DNA from: a virus
Virus record (IMG/VR): IMGVR_UViG_3300036770_002724
Coordinates: 1 to 64,000 of that record
Strand: one strand, 5' to 3'
DNA: 64,000 nucleotides
The position numbers were made by a program, and so were the translations under genes. The notes beneath the pieces were generated by a model. The model saw only the letters and a program-made list of their open reading frames with translations. It did no database searches and was not told the origin of the DNA. Shown in pieces: positions 50,139 through 58,662 of this stretch. Numbering within the stretch: the stretch's first letter is position 1; each line of letters begins with the position of its first letter.

Positions 50139-51011
50139 ATGGCAGTAGATAACGCCATCAAGCAGCGGATCATCGGTGAGTACATCAAGACCGCCGCTGG
50201 TCGTGCAAAGCTCGCTGCGTCGATGACGCAGCCCCTGCGGACTCGTCGTGACTACGCGGCGGTGGGTCGTAAGACCTTCCTCGTCGAGCAGCTTCCCGAC
50301 GGTGCCCTTCCGATTTACGACAAGGATCCGGACGTCACGGCGTTCGTGGTGGGTGAGGAAGGCGAGAACATCGTCGGCATCACCAAGCCCCGGCGTGTGA
50401 TCTTCCCGCTGTTCGAGATTGCCTCGAACCCGGAGATCCCGCTGACCCAGATCAAGGAGCGCCGCTTCGACCTCATCGAGCGTGCCCAGGATCTCGCGAA
50501 GGCGCAGATCCAGGCTGCCGAGGACGAGCGGGTTTTCGCGATTCTGGACGCTATCGCCACGGCGGGTTTCGACTCGCTCCCGGCGCAGCTAAACGCGGAC
50601 ATCCCGGTTGTGGCTCCGATCAGCGGTGCCGTCCTCGCGGACGCCTTCGCTCTGATCGAGCGTCACGATCTCCGGGTTGCTCGCGTGTACATGAACGCTC
50701 GCGACTACGCGGACCTCCGCAAGTTCGGGCGTGACATCCTGGACATCGAGACCCAGGCGACCCTGCTCAAGACCGGCCTTATGGCGACCCTCTGGGGCTC
50801 GCAGGTCATCACGAGCCGTCTGGTCCCGGTGGGCACGGTGTACCTGTGCTGCGAACCGGAACACTTCGGTCGCATCCCCGTCCGTACGGAACTGACTGTT
50901 CTTTCGGCGGATGACCCGAAGGCTCGGACCATCGGGTTTTCCTGCTTCGAGAACCTGGGCATCGGGGCGTACAACCCCCGTGGCCTGGCGCGTCTGACCG
51001 TGACCCGCTAG
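50139..51011 (+). CDS. Major capsid protein (HK97-like fold)
   Basis: Highly biased codons, AAGGAG SD, followed by a strong terminator; AQIQAAEDERVF long helix, VYMNARDYADL, LWGSQVITSRLVP. Confidence 0.85.
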   Translation: MAVDNAIKQRIIGEYIKTAAGRAKLAASMTQPLRTRRDYAAVGRKTFLVEQLPDGALPIYDKDPDVTAFVVGEEGENIVGITKPRRVIFPLFEIASNPEIPLTQIKERRFDLIERAQDLAKAQIQAAEDERVFAILDAIATAGFDSLPAQLNADIPVVAPISGAVLADAFALIERHDLRVARVYMNARDYADLRKFGRDILDIETQATLLKTGLMATLWGSQVITSRLVPVGTVYLCCEPEHFGRIPVRTELTVLSADDPKARTIGFSCFENLGIGAYNPRGLARLTVTR

Positions 51012-51039
51012 TCAAGCCCGCGTAATCGCTGGACAATAG

Positions 51040-51085
51040 ACGCCTAGCGTTCCCCTCAAAAGGAACGCTAGGCGTTTTTTGTTTG
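51040..51085 (+). terminator. Rho-independent terminator after MCP
   Basis: 14-bp stem ACGCCTAGCGTTCC / GGAACGCTAGGCGT followed by TTTTTGTTT. Confidence 0.92.
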
Positions 51086-51166
51086 TCCGGCCCTCCCGCC
51101 TACCCTCTTCGGTTCTTGTGTGTACGATTGTTGTTGATACCGCGCATCTGGTCGTATACTGTTGTG

Positions 51167-53122
51167 GTGGTGTCTACATCCCCGGAAGTAACCCCCGATC
51201 AGTTACGTCAGTGGTACGAGGTGGAGCTTCTCTCCGAGGAGGCCATCGCTGAAAAGCTGGGCACCTATCAAGTCTGGGTGAGCCGCAAGCGAAAGAAGTA
51301 CGGGATACCCACCATCACACAGGCGGAGCGGAGTCAGAGGCGGCTACCGTCATTGTCGGACTACCAAGTTCAGGTGCTCACCGGCTCCCTGTTGGGGGAC
51401 GGGTGGATGGATGCGACCAGTAAAGCCTCCGCACGTTTCCAAGAGGGGCATTGTGTCGAGCAGGCCGCATACACGGAGTGGAAAGCCGAGGTCTTTCAGC
51501 CGTTCGTCTCAGGTCTGATGGACCGAAAAAAGAACGACCTCAAAGCCGGTAAGACCTTCTACTCCAAGGTGCTCGTGACGACGTCCTGTCCACAGCTTCG
51601 CTTCTTTTACGATCTCTTCTATCCGGCTCCTGATCGGGTCCGGGTGTTCCCTTCGGATCTTGCTGCTCGGATGACTCCCTTGGTGCTGGCCGTTTGGTAC
51701 ATGGACGACGGCAGTCTGACTACCCGAGGGGAGCCGAGGATTGCGTTTGGTCTTGACGATGAGAGTCGGTCACGGGCTCTCAAGTCCCTGCGGGGGTTAG
51801 GGCTCAGTCCGGTCACCTATGGTGAAGGTGGCAACCAGAGCATCCAGTTCCCCAAGCAGGCTATGAAGTTCCGAGCCCTGATAGAACCCCACATCATCCC
51901 CTGCATGGCGTACAAGCTCCCGACGGAGACCGCCGGTCAAGTTCATCATCGGGAAGCCCGGGAGCTTACCCCTGAGAAAGCAGCGAGTCTCTATCAAGGG
52001 GGTCTGGCGGTTGAGCAGATCGCAAAGACCTTCAACGTGGGCGCCTCGACTGTAGGCCGTCGCTTGCTAGCCGCAGGGACAAAGCGGAATCAGCGTCCAG
52101 GACCGAAGGGCAAGACTGCGTCCCTGACCTTGGATGCTGCACAGAAATACCTCGCCCGGTACAATTCTTCACAATGGGCAGGGCTTTCGTCGGACGATCA
52201 AGAGCGATGGGTCGCGGACGTTTTCCGTGTGCTGCGGAGCCTCCCGCTGCCGGTGTTCCCAGCAGCGGGACCAGAAGAAGCTAAAGACCTGCTGGGGCAG
52301 GTACAGCAAGCTGAGATGTCCTTGATAGGCAACGTCATCCAGCCTATCCGAAGGGTTGGTATCTCCCTCTGCAACGGCTTCTTCCCTAACCGTTACGAGG
52401 CGGTGTCCTTGGGTGAGAAGTCCGCGTTCGAGGCGTGGCACACCGATAAGCTGCTGGAGCGGGCGATCAGGTTTCAGTTCAAGGTAGGTGACCCGGTGCT
52501 GCCTCATCGGGTGCTTCGGGCGGTTACGATGAACTGCCGGACGCCGACGATCTTTCGACCGACAGTAGCCCGATTCGTCTATCAGAGATATTGCTCGGCT
52601 GGGGGCACGGTCTGGGATCCCTGTTCTGGATTCGGTGGACGCCTCTTGGGTGCCCTGGCTGCGGGTGTGGAGTACGTTGGGACGGACGTGGACTCTGCGA
52701 CCGTGGAGGGCAACCTGGCGCTTGCAAAGACTTTGGGGCGAGAGGTACGAGTCGAGAAGACACCAGCGGAGAAGTTTGTGCCTCCGCCCGTGGATCTGGT
52801 GTTCACTTCACCCCCCTACTTCAACCGAGAGCTATACTCGCAAGAGGAGGGTCAGTCCTGGAAGCAGTATTCGGAGTTCGATGGATGGGTCGAGGGCTTC
52901 TTGCGGCCCGTCGTACAGAAGGCTCGAAAGGCGTTACGTCCGACGGGGCGGTTGGTGCTGAACGTAGCGAACGTGCGTAGCCATCGGGAGGCTATTCCTT
53001 TGGTAGACGTGACGATGCAGGTCGCCCAAGAGGAGGGCTTCCGTCTGGTAGAGACGCTTCGGATGCCTTTGCCGAAACTGAATCGAGATAACCCCTCAGA
53101 GCCTGTGCTGGTTTTTGAGTGA
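51167..53122 (+). CDS. LAGLIDADG endonuclease - HTH - amino-DNA methyltransferase fusion
   Basis: GSLLGDG and WYMDDG; IAKTFNVGASTVGRRL HTH; DPCSGFGG motif I and SPPY motif IV; start uncertain (GTG 51164/51167/51170). Confidence 0.8.
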   Translation: MVSTSPEVTPDQLRQWYEVELLSEEAIAEKLGTYQVWVSRKRKKYGIPTITQAERSQRRLPSLSDYQVQVLTGSLLGDGWMDATSKASARFQEGHCVEQAAYTEWKAEVFQPFVSGLMDRKKNDLKAGKTFYSKVLVTTSCPQLRFFYDLFYPAPDRVRVFPSDLAARMTPLVLAVWYMDDGSLTTRGEPRIAFGLDDESRSRALKSLRGLGLSPVTYGEGGNQSIQFPKQAMKFRALIEPHIIPCMAYKLPTETAGQVHHREARELTPEKAASLYQGGLAVEQIAKTFNVGASTVGRRLLAAGTKRNQRPGPKGKTASLTLDAAQKYLARYNSSQWAGLSSDDQERWVADVFRVLRSLPLPVFPAAGPEEAKDLLGQVQQAEMSLIGNVIQPIRRVGISLCNGFFPNRYEAVSLGEKSAFEAWHTDKLLERAIRFQFKVGDPVLPHRVLRAVTMNCRTPTIFRPTVARFVYQRYCSAGGTVWDPCSGFGGRLLGALAAGVEYVGTDVDSATVEGNLALAKTLGREVRVEKTPAEKFVPPPVDLVFTSPPYFNRELYSQEEGQSWKQYSEFDGWVEGFLRPVVQKARKALRPTGRLVLNVANVRSHREAIPLVDVTMQVAQEEGFRLVETLRMPLPKLNRDNPSEPVLVFE

Positions 53123-53982
53123 TTGGGGCCTTAGTCATGTCGCTCTTTGATTCCGTCGTCGTCTTTCGCCCTCATGGGTATGTCCACAACTGCTTCGCGG
53201 AGTGCGCTCTCGCGATGAATGAAGCCGCCAAAGACTTGGGGTGGATCCCTTCTGAACAGCCTGTTTTCGAGGTAGACACACCGGAAGTTCTTCGAGGACT
53301 GAACCGCCCTCTCGTCTTCGGAGTCGTCCTCGCCCCCTCGTGGGCGCAGTACCTCCCTGAAGGCTCCGTCCTCTACAACCTGGAGCAGTCGGGAGCCCCG
53401 ATCACCTGGGGGGTGTACCAAGAGGTGTTGAAGCGGTCCCGCATCTGGGACTACGATCCGGTCAACAGGGGAACCCAGGATTGGCCCGTATGCCGGATAG
53501 GCTACCATCCGGTCCTCAGTCAGTTTTCACTCGCAGACGTGCGCCCCATCGACGTTTTCTTTTACGGGTCGATCAACGCCCGGCGTGCTGACCTGTTCGA
53601 TAGAATCCGGTCTCGCGGGTTGAACGTCGTCGCTCGTTTCGGGGTTTACGGGGAGGAGCGGGATCGGCTCATGGCTCAGTCGAAGGTGGTCCTCAACCTC
53701 CACTATCATTCCGACAAGGGGATCTTCGAGCAGGTCCGCTGCCAATACCCCCTGTCCAATCGGATCGCGGTCGTCTCTGAAACCGGAGCCTCGTCCGAGG
53801 TGGAAGCGGAGTACGCGGAGGCTGTCCGGTTTGCTCCCTACGAAGGGCTCGCGGACGCTTGTAAAGAACTGGCGCGAGGCCCGTGGAAGGCTCAAGGGGA
53901 CAGGGGTTTCGAGGTCTACTCGACCTCGATGCTCCAGTCCCGTTACCTCTCAATCCTCGAAAGGCCCGTCACCCCCGGGTAG
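53119..53982 (+). CDS. GT-B glycosyltransferase-like protein
   Basis: IDVFFYGSIN.RR, SKVVLNLH, FEQVR..Y, AVVSE; start GTG 53119 or ATG 53137. Confidence 0.7.
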   Translation: MIGALVMSLFDSVVVFRPHGYVHNCFAECALAMNEAAKDLGWIPSEQPVFEVDTPEVLRGLNRPLVFGVVLAPSWAQYLPEGSVLYNLEQSGAPITWGVYQEVLKRSRIWDYDPVNRGTQDWPVCRIGYHPVLSQFSLADVRPIDVFFYGSINARRADLFDRIRSRGLNVVARFGVYGEERDRLMAQSKVVLNLHYHSDKGIFEQVRCQYPLSNRIAVVSETGASSEVEAEYAEAVRFAPYEGLADACKELARGPWKAQGDRGFEVYSTSMLQSRYLSILERPVTPG

Positions 53983-54247
53983 GGGGTGACGGCCCAGCGG
54001 ATTGACCTCGTCCTCCCTGGTGGCGACCTCGCGTCCCACGCGGCCACCAGGATAGGGGGGCCTTTGCACCCCTCCACCACCCGGAGCAATCCGCTCACTC
54101 CGGATGGGCCGACCGATTATTGGCGTCGTCCCTGCTATGACATAGCTATCCGCGACCCGGCCCGGTTTAGCCACAAAAAGCACGAAAAAACGTATCACGC
54201 CTTCGTTGGTTCCTCCTCCGGTTCGGGTACTCGGGCTAGGAGGTCTC

Positions 54248-55294
54248 ATGTACGATCTCAGAGACTACGAATTCTGGAAGCCCTCGACTACCGTCAAAAG
54301 CTCGATGACATGGCGGTCTGCTCTTGTTCTTGCTGCGTGTGGCTCCCAGTTTCTTGAGTATCGCGCACATAAGCCCGTGGGGAAGGACCCGGCAAGGAAC
54401 TTCCCGGGCTTCGATCTCGCCCGTATCGAGCGTGATCTGCGGGAGTGTCTGGGGCCGGAGGCGCGGGGGATCAGGGCGACTGGCGCTTGGAACGAAGCGG
54501 CGATTCAGTTGACCGTCCTGACTCGGACCATGTTGATCTGTTTCCGACCCGACCCCTCGACCAAGGACCGCCCGTTCTTTACTGCCTACGAGAAGGGCGA
54601 GGAGCTTTTCACGTCCTTGGGGCGTTCAGGTGTCCTGCCCTATTTGCTGTCGCCCCACTCGAAGCCCTACTGGAAGTCGTTGCTCATTCTCGGTGCGATG
54701 AGCAGCGGGGCGCGTTTCATCGTATCGGAGCCGACCCCCAGGACTTCCCGGGAAAGGCGTCCGTCTCTTGAAGGGGCTACCTCCCTGTCCCCCTCGCAGA
54801 TCGAAGCCGCCTTGTCCCTTTTGCGTAAGGGGTTCCGGGCTAAAGCAAACGTCGGTGCCTCGGTCAGCACCTTGGAGTTCAAGGTCGATTTCATCGAAAA
54901 GGAAGGGGCCTTCAAGCTCCCGCCCCATTTGGTGTTTTCGGAATCTGAGCTAGAGGGTATTGACGACATGAGCGTCAGCCCTCGTACCCCTGCCGTAGCA
55001 AAGGAGCCTTCTTCGATCATGGTACAAACGCCTGCCAGTCCTCATCCCCTTCACGCCGAAGTGCTTCGTGAACTAGGCCCACTGCTTTCTTTGGAAGCGG
55101 AAGCTCTTGGGGTCAGTCAAGAGGACCTCACCAAGTCTCTGGTAGAGGAGGTCTTGTCGGGTATTCGATCCAGGCTTCGCGAGAGCGCGCAAACCCGTTT
55201 CGATGCTCAGATGTCCCGGCTGGAGGAGGCTCATCAGAAGAAGCTCGCCTCGTTGCGGGAGGAATTCGGTCATTTTCTCGTGAGCCCAAGGTAA
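54248..55294 (+). CDS. Hypothetical protein
   Basis: AGGAGG SD before ATG 54248; C-terminal coiled coil. Confidence 0.7.
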   Translation: MYDLRDYEFWKPSTTVKSSMTWRSALVLAACGSQFLEYRAHKPVGKDPARNFPGFDLARIERDLRECLGPEARGIRATGAWNEAAIQLTVLTRTMLICFRPDPSTKDRPFFTAYEKGEELFTSLGRSGVLPYLLSPHSKPYWKSLLILGAMSSGARFIVSEPTPRTSRERRPSLEGATSLSPSQIEAALSLLRKGFRAKANVGASVSTLEFKVDFIEKEGAFKLPPHLVFSESELEGIDDMSVSPRTPAVAKEPSSIMVQTPASPHPLHAEVLRELGPLLSLEAEALGVSQEDLTKSLVEEVLSGIRSRLRESAQTRFDAQMSRLEEAHQKKLASLREEFGHFLVSPR

Positions 55295-55364
55295 GGTGCA
55301 GCGATTCGTCTACCGTCCTCCCGTCTTTGGTCGGGGTACGGTTTCATACGACTACGGAGGATAG

Positions 55365-56750
55365 ATGCCGGACATTCAGTTCAAGCGAGGCGAGTTCGTC
55401 GCCTTTCGCGCCACGACCAAGTTCCACCTCGGGGAGCGGCAGCGGGACATCTGGGATGGGGATGAGGTCGAGTTTGATGGGCAGACCCTGAAGTATCAGG
55501 GGGAGTCCATCGGAGCCCCTTCGATTCGAGGGGCGATCAAGGCTGGATGGCTCGTCCCGGTGGACGACAACGTCAGCCGTTACATCCCCAAGGCAGCGAA
55601 CGTCGAGGTTCGTCCGGCCAAGACCTCTGGTAACGAGCGAGGACCGGCGCTCAGGATGGCGAACGCTCAGGATGATGAGCGGGAGGTCGGGAACGTCAAG
55701 TCGCTCCAAGAGCGACGGAAAGCGGCTCAGGAGGCGGTTCACGACCGGATCACCCTGGCCCGTCAGGATCCCGATGTTGGATCAGCCGAGGATGGCGAGG
55801 TCATCCGGGCGTCTTTCGCCAAGTCGGCAGTCCAGAAGCCCCTTGTCGATCAGAACACGGTCGTCGATGAGGAGGATGCTGCCCCTGTCGCCTCAACTTC
55901 TTCTGTCGAAGCAGATGTCCCTGCGATCAAGGAGCCAGAACTGCCTACTGGGCGTCCCCGTTCGCCCGAAGAGGCGGAGGCGATGAACCGGGCGATCCTG
56001 GCGAGGGCGCTCTCCCAGCCTGTTCCGAAGCCCAAGGATCCGACCGTCGCTTATGGCGGAGCGCGTCACGATTCCTTGGGGGATTCTTCCAAGGGCTCAA
56101 AAGACGGTAAGTTCGCCATCAAGGCTTCTGAGGATGATCAGGGCGGGGAGGTCGTCGGGAAGATCAAGACCTCTGCCGTCGGGGTTGCGGTCGGGGCCGA
56201 GGGTGCGCGGGTCGAGGCGCAGAAGCTCGACGTATCGAAGGTTTCGGCTCAGGATGTCGAGGCGGCAGTCAAGCCGGTGGGGGGCTCCAAGCGTCCGACG
56301 CTTCCGACCCTGAAGCCGAAGGTTCCGGCGTCCTTCGCGGCAGCGAAGCAGAAGACGGTCGTGACCGCTTCTGAGAAGCCCCCTGTCGAGGAAGACTTCG
56401 AGCATGATCTTCCCCAGGGCACGGCGACTCAGGTGGTCGATGGCGAGAGCTTGTCCGCCAAGCCGTCGGGGACGACGGGCGACGTGACTGAGACCCGCAC
56501 CGGGTCGGACCTGGATGAACTGCTCCCGGATGCTTTGGTAGCCGGTGGTAAGCCGGAGGCTTCCATCGTCGGTCAGAACGTCGAGGGTTTTGCTTGGGAC
56601 AAGACGCTTCATTGGTCGAAGCGGGTGGATCTCGCGGTAAAGAACTACGGGGATCAGCCTGAGATCATCCAGCAGATTCTCGCGGTCGAGACACCGAGCG
56701 TCGCCAAGCAGATCCAGTCGAAGCTCATCCGTGCCGGTAAGACTGTCTGA
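55365..56750 (+). CDS. Hypothetical protein (small folded N- and C-domains, long low-complexity linker)
   Basis: GGAGG SD; typical codon usage. Confidence 0.75.
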   Translation: MPDIQFKRGEFVAFRATTKFHLGERQRDIWDGDEVEFDGQTLKYQGESIGAPSIRGAIKAGWLVPVDDNVSRYIPKAANVEVRPAKTSGNERGPALRMANAQDDEREVGNVKSLQERRKAAQEAVHDRITLARQDPDVGSAEDGEVIRASFAKSAVQKPLVDQNTVVDEEDAAPVASTSSVEADVPAIKEPELPTGRPRSPEEAEAMNRAILARALSQPVPKPKDPTVAYGGARHDSLGDSSKGSKDGKFAIKASEDDQGGEVVGKIKTSAVGVAVGAEGARVEAQKLDVSKVSAQDVEAAVKPVGGSKRPTLPTLKPKVPASFAAAKQKTVVTASEKPPVEEDFEHDLPQGTATQVVDGESLSAKPSGTTGDVTETRTGSDLDELLPDALVAGGKPEASIVGQNVEGFAWDKTLHWSKRVDLAVKNYGDQPEIIQQILAVETPSVAKQIQSKLIRAGKTV

Positions 56751-56797
56751 CCTGTCCCGCTAGCCTATCTATCGGGGGGCTCTCATAGGGAGCCCCC

Positions 56798-57184
56798 ATG
56801 CCTACCAAAAAAGCCAATAGCCAAGCTGCCTGGGCGTTGTTGACCGAGGGGGTCACTTCCGCTCGTCTGGAGGCCCATCGTCTCCAGCACATGATCAACC
56901 GCGCTTCTCAGCTTGTGGAGAAGTCCGAGCAGCGGGACCATTTGTACGAAGTCGCCGGGGATGTGATCGTCGCTCTCCCTGAGCGGCTCAACCACTTGAT
57001 CACCGACCTTGATCGAACGTCTTTGGCCTTGTCTCGCATGGGGCAAGACTTCCTGGAGTCTCGGCTGTCACTTTCCGATAAGAATCTTGTTGAGGAGTCG
57101 ATCTCCTCTGCGTTCGGGAAGTCGCGACCCAAGGAGTCTCATGTCGCTCGACGGGTTGCCCGGCGCTATCTCGGGAAGCTGTAG
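56798..57184 (+). CDS. Small helical protein ending in RRVARRYL
   Basis: GGGAG SD within a hairpin; follows TAG-N4-TCTATC. Confidence 0.75.
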   Translation: MPTKKANSQAAWALLTEGVTSARLEAHRLQHMINRASQLVEKSEQRDHLYEVAGDVIVALPERLNHLITDLDRTSLALSRMGQDFLESRLSLSDKNLVEESISSAFGKSRPKESHVARRVARRYLGKL

Positions 57185-57186
57185 CC

Positions 57187-58662
57187 ATGATCCGACGTGC
57201 CGATCTCAACCCCCCGCTAGGCTCACCAGGGGGGCCATGCCGGGTCGTTCAGCGTATCCATGAACGGGTCAGGAGTCCCGTTCTGAGGGAACAACTGACT
57301 CAAGAGGTCGAGGATGGCTCTGAACTTGACAACCCTTCAGCCGCCAAGGTGTACGATGTCAATACCGAGCGGCTCGAAGGTTTCTTCAAGCAGGTAATCA
57401 TCGGGCCGCACGCGGCCTACCGGATGGATCTGCGAACGGTCTCTGTTCCGGTCATCAAGCAGGCTGTCCAGAACTTCCTCAAGGCGATGTCCGACGCAAA
57501 GTCTCGGAACGCCCCAGAGTACCACCGCAACAAGGCCGAATTGGAACGGGGTCGTACCGTTCGGTGGGATGACCCAAAGCTCAAGGTCACCATTGTCCTT
57601 TCGCTCGCTGGTCAAGGGGTTGCCAAGATCGTCACGACTTACTGGACGGGCCGAAAAGATCCTTCCCCTCCCCGTGCTCCGTGCTCCATCAAGACCGCCC
57701 TCGGTTATCGTGAGCCCGCGAGCGCCCTTCCCGGAGCCCAGACGTTCGTCAACAATCCAGATGGTGAGCAGCGGCGAGAAGTCCCCAGTGGTTCGGTCGC
57801 CCCAAAGCCGCGTTCTCGCAACTTCAAGCAGCCCGCTTACAACGGGCCAGGTTCTTCAGGATCTTCGCCCGACGGAAAGTCGTTCAGTCAGGACAAGCCT
57901 CGGACCCTCGGGATGCCGGGGGAGGAATACGGGTCGCCGTACATTGGACCTCTTCAGGGTGGGCGTAAGCGCCGGACGATGACGGCAGACTTCCTCTACG
58001 AGAAGCGTCCACCGGACATGGACCCGGAGTCGAAGTTCGACCGGGCGACTTCTCCGCTGACTTGGCCTCATGGCGAACCGGGGCAGACGCTCGACATCAC
58101 CGAGATCACGGACAATCCGGGTTCTGCCAAGGTCATCCCCGAAGGCAAGGGCTTCGTCAACCGGCAAGCGTACAAGATCGCAGACATTGAGTCCCTTTGC
58201 GACTCGGACCTTCGCGGCAAAGCCCAACAGGTGAAAGTCCGTTTGCGGCGTGTGGATTCGCGCGCGATGTCCTGGACCTTTGAGGCGACGGGATCGAAGG
58301 GTCCTTATCAAATCAAGATCAAAGCGTTGCCGAAGCGGTCTGACGTGAAAGACCCCAAGAAGGTAGATGTCCTGGTCTCCTGCTCCTGCCCGTTTTGGCA
58401 GTGGCAGGGGCCGGAGCATTGGGCGACCCAACACGACTACCTGTATGGTCGTCCTCGGGGCACGGCGTCTCGACCTGAAATCAAGGATGCCAACAAGGAG
58501 CATGGAGCCTGCAAACACGTTCTTGCCGCTCTCCATGCTATCAAAGACGGTGACATTCCGGGACGTACCAAAAAGCTGGCCTCTCTGGGTTCCGTGTGGC
58601 GGGACGAGGGTTTCATCCAGCGGATTGCGCGGCGGTATCTTGAGGGCAAAGGAGACTACTGA
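57187..58662 (+). CDS. Modular protein: putative RelE/DUF4258-like RNase domain plus SWIM Zn finger, ending in RIARRYL
   Basis: PHAAYRMDLR...KIVTTYW; SCSCP...CKH. Confidence 0.65.
   Translation: MIRRADLNPPLGSPGGPCRVVQRIHERVRSPVLREQLTQEVEDGSELDNPSAAKVYDVNTERLEGFFKQVIIGPHAAYRMDLRTVSVPVIKQAVQNFLKAMSDAKSRNAPEYHRNKAELERGRTVRWDDPKLKVTIVLSLAGQGVAKIVTTYWTGRKDPSPPRAPCSIKTALGYREPASALPGAQTFVNNPDGEQRREVPSGSVAPKPRSRNFKQPAYNGPGSSGSSPDGKSFSQDKPRTLGMPGEEYGSPYIGPLQGGRKRRTMTADFLYEKRPPDMDPESKFDRATSPLTWPHGEPGQTLDITEITDNPGSAKVIPEGKGFVNRQAYKIADIESLCDSDLRGKAQQVKVRLRRVDSRAMSWTFEATGSKGPYQIKIKALPKRSDVKDPKKVDVLVSCSCPFWQWQGPEHWATQHDYLYGRPRGTASRPEIKDANKEHGACKHVLAALHAIKDGDIPGRTKKLASLGSVWRDEGFIQRIARRYLEGKGDY

Noticed and set aside
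53986-54357. 123-aa ORF in the large spacer
   Set aside because: No motif, atypical codon usage, overlaps gene 54248 which has a strong AGGAGG; treated as non-coding but not excluded
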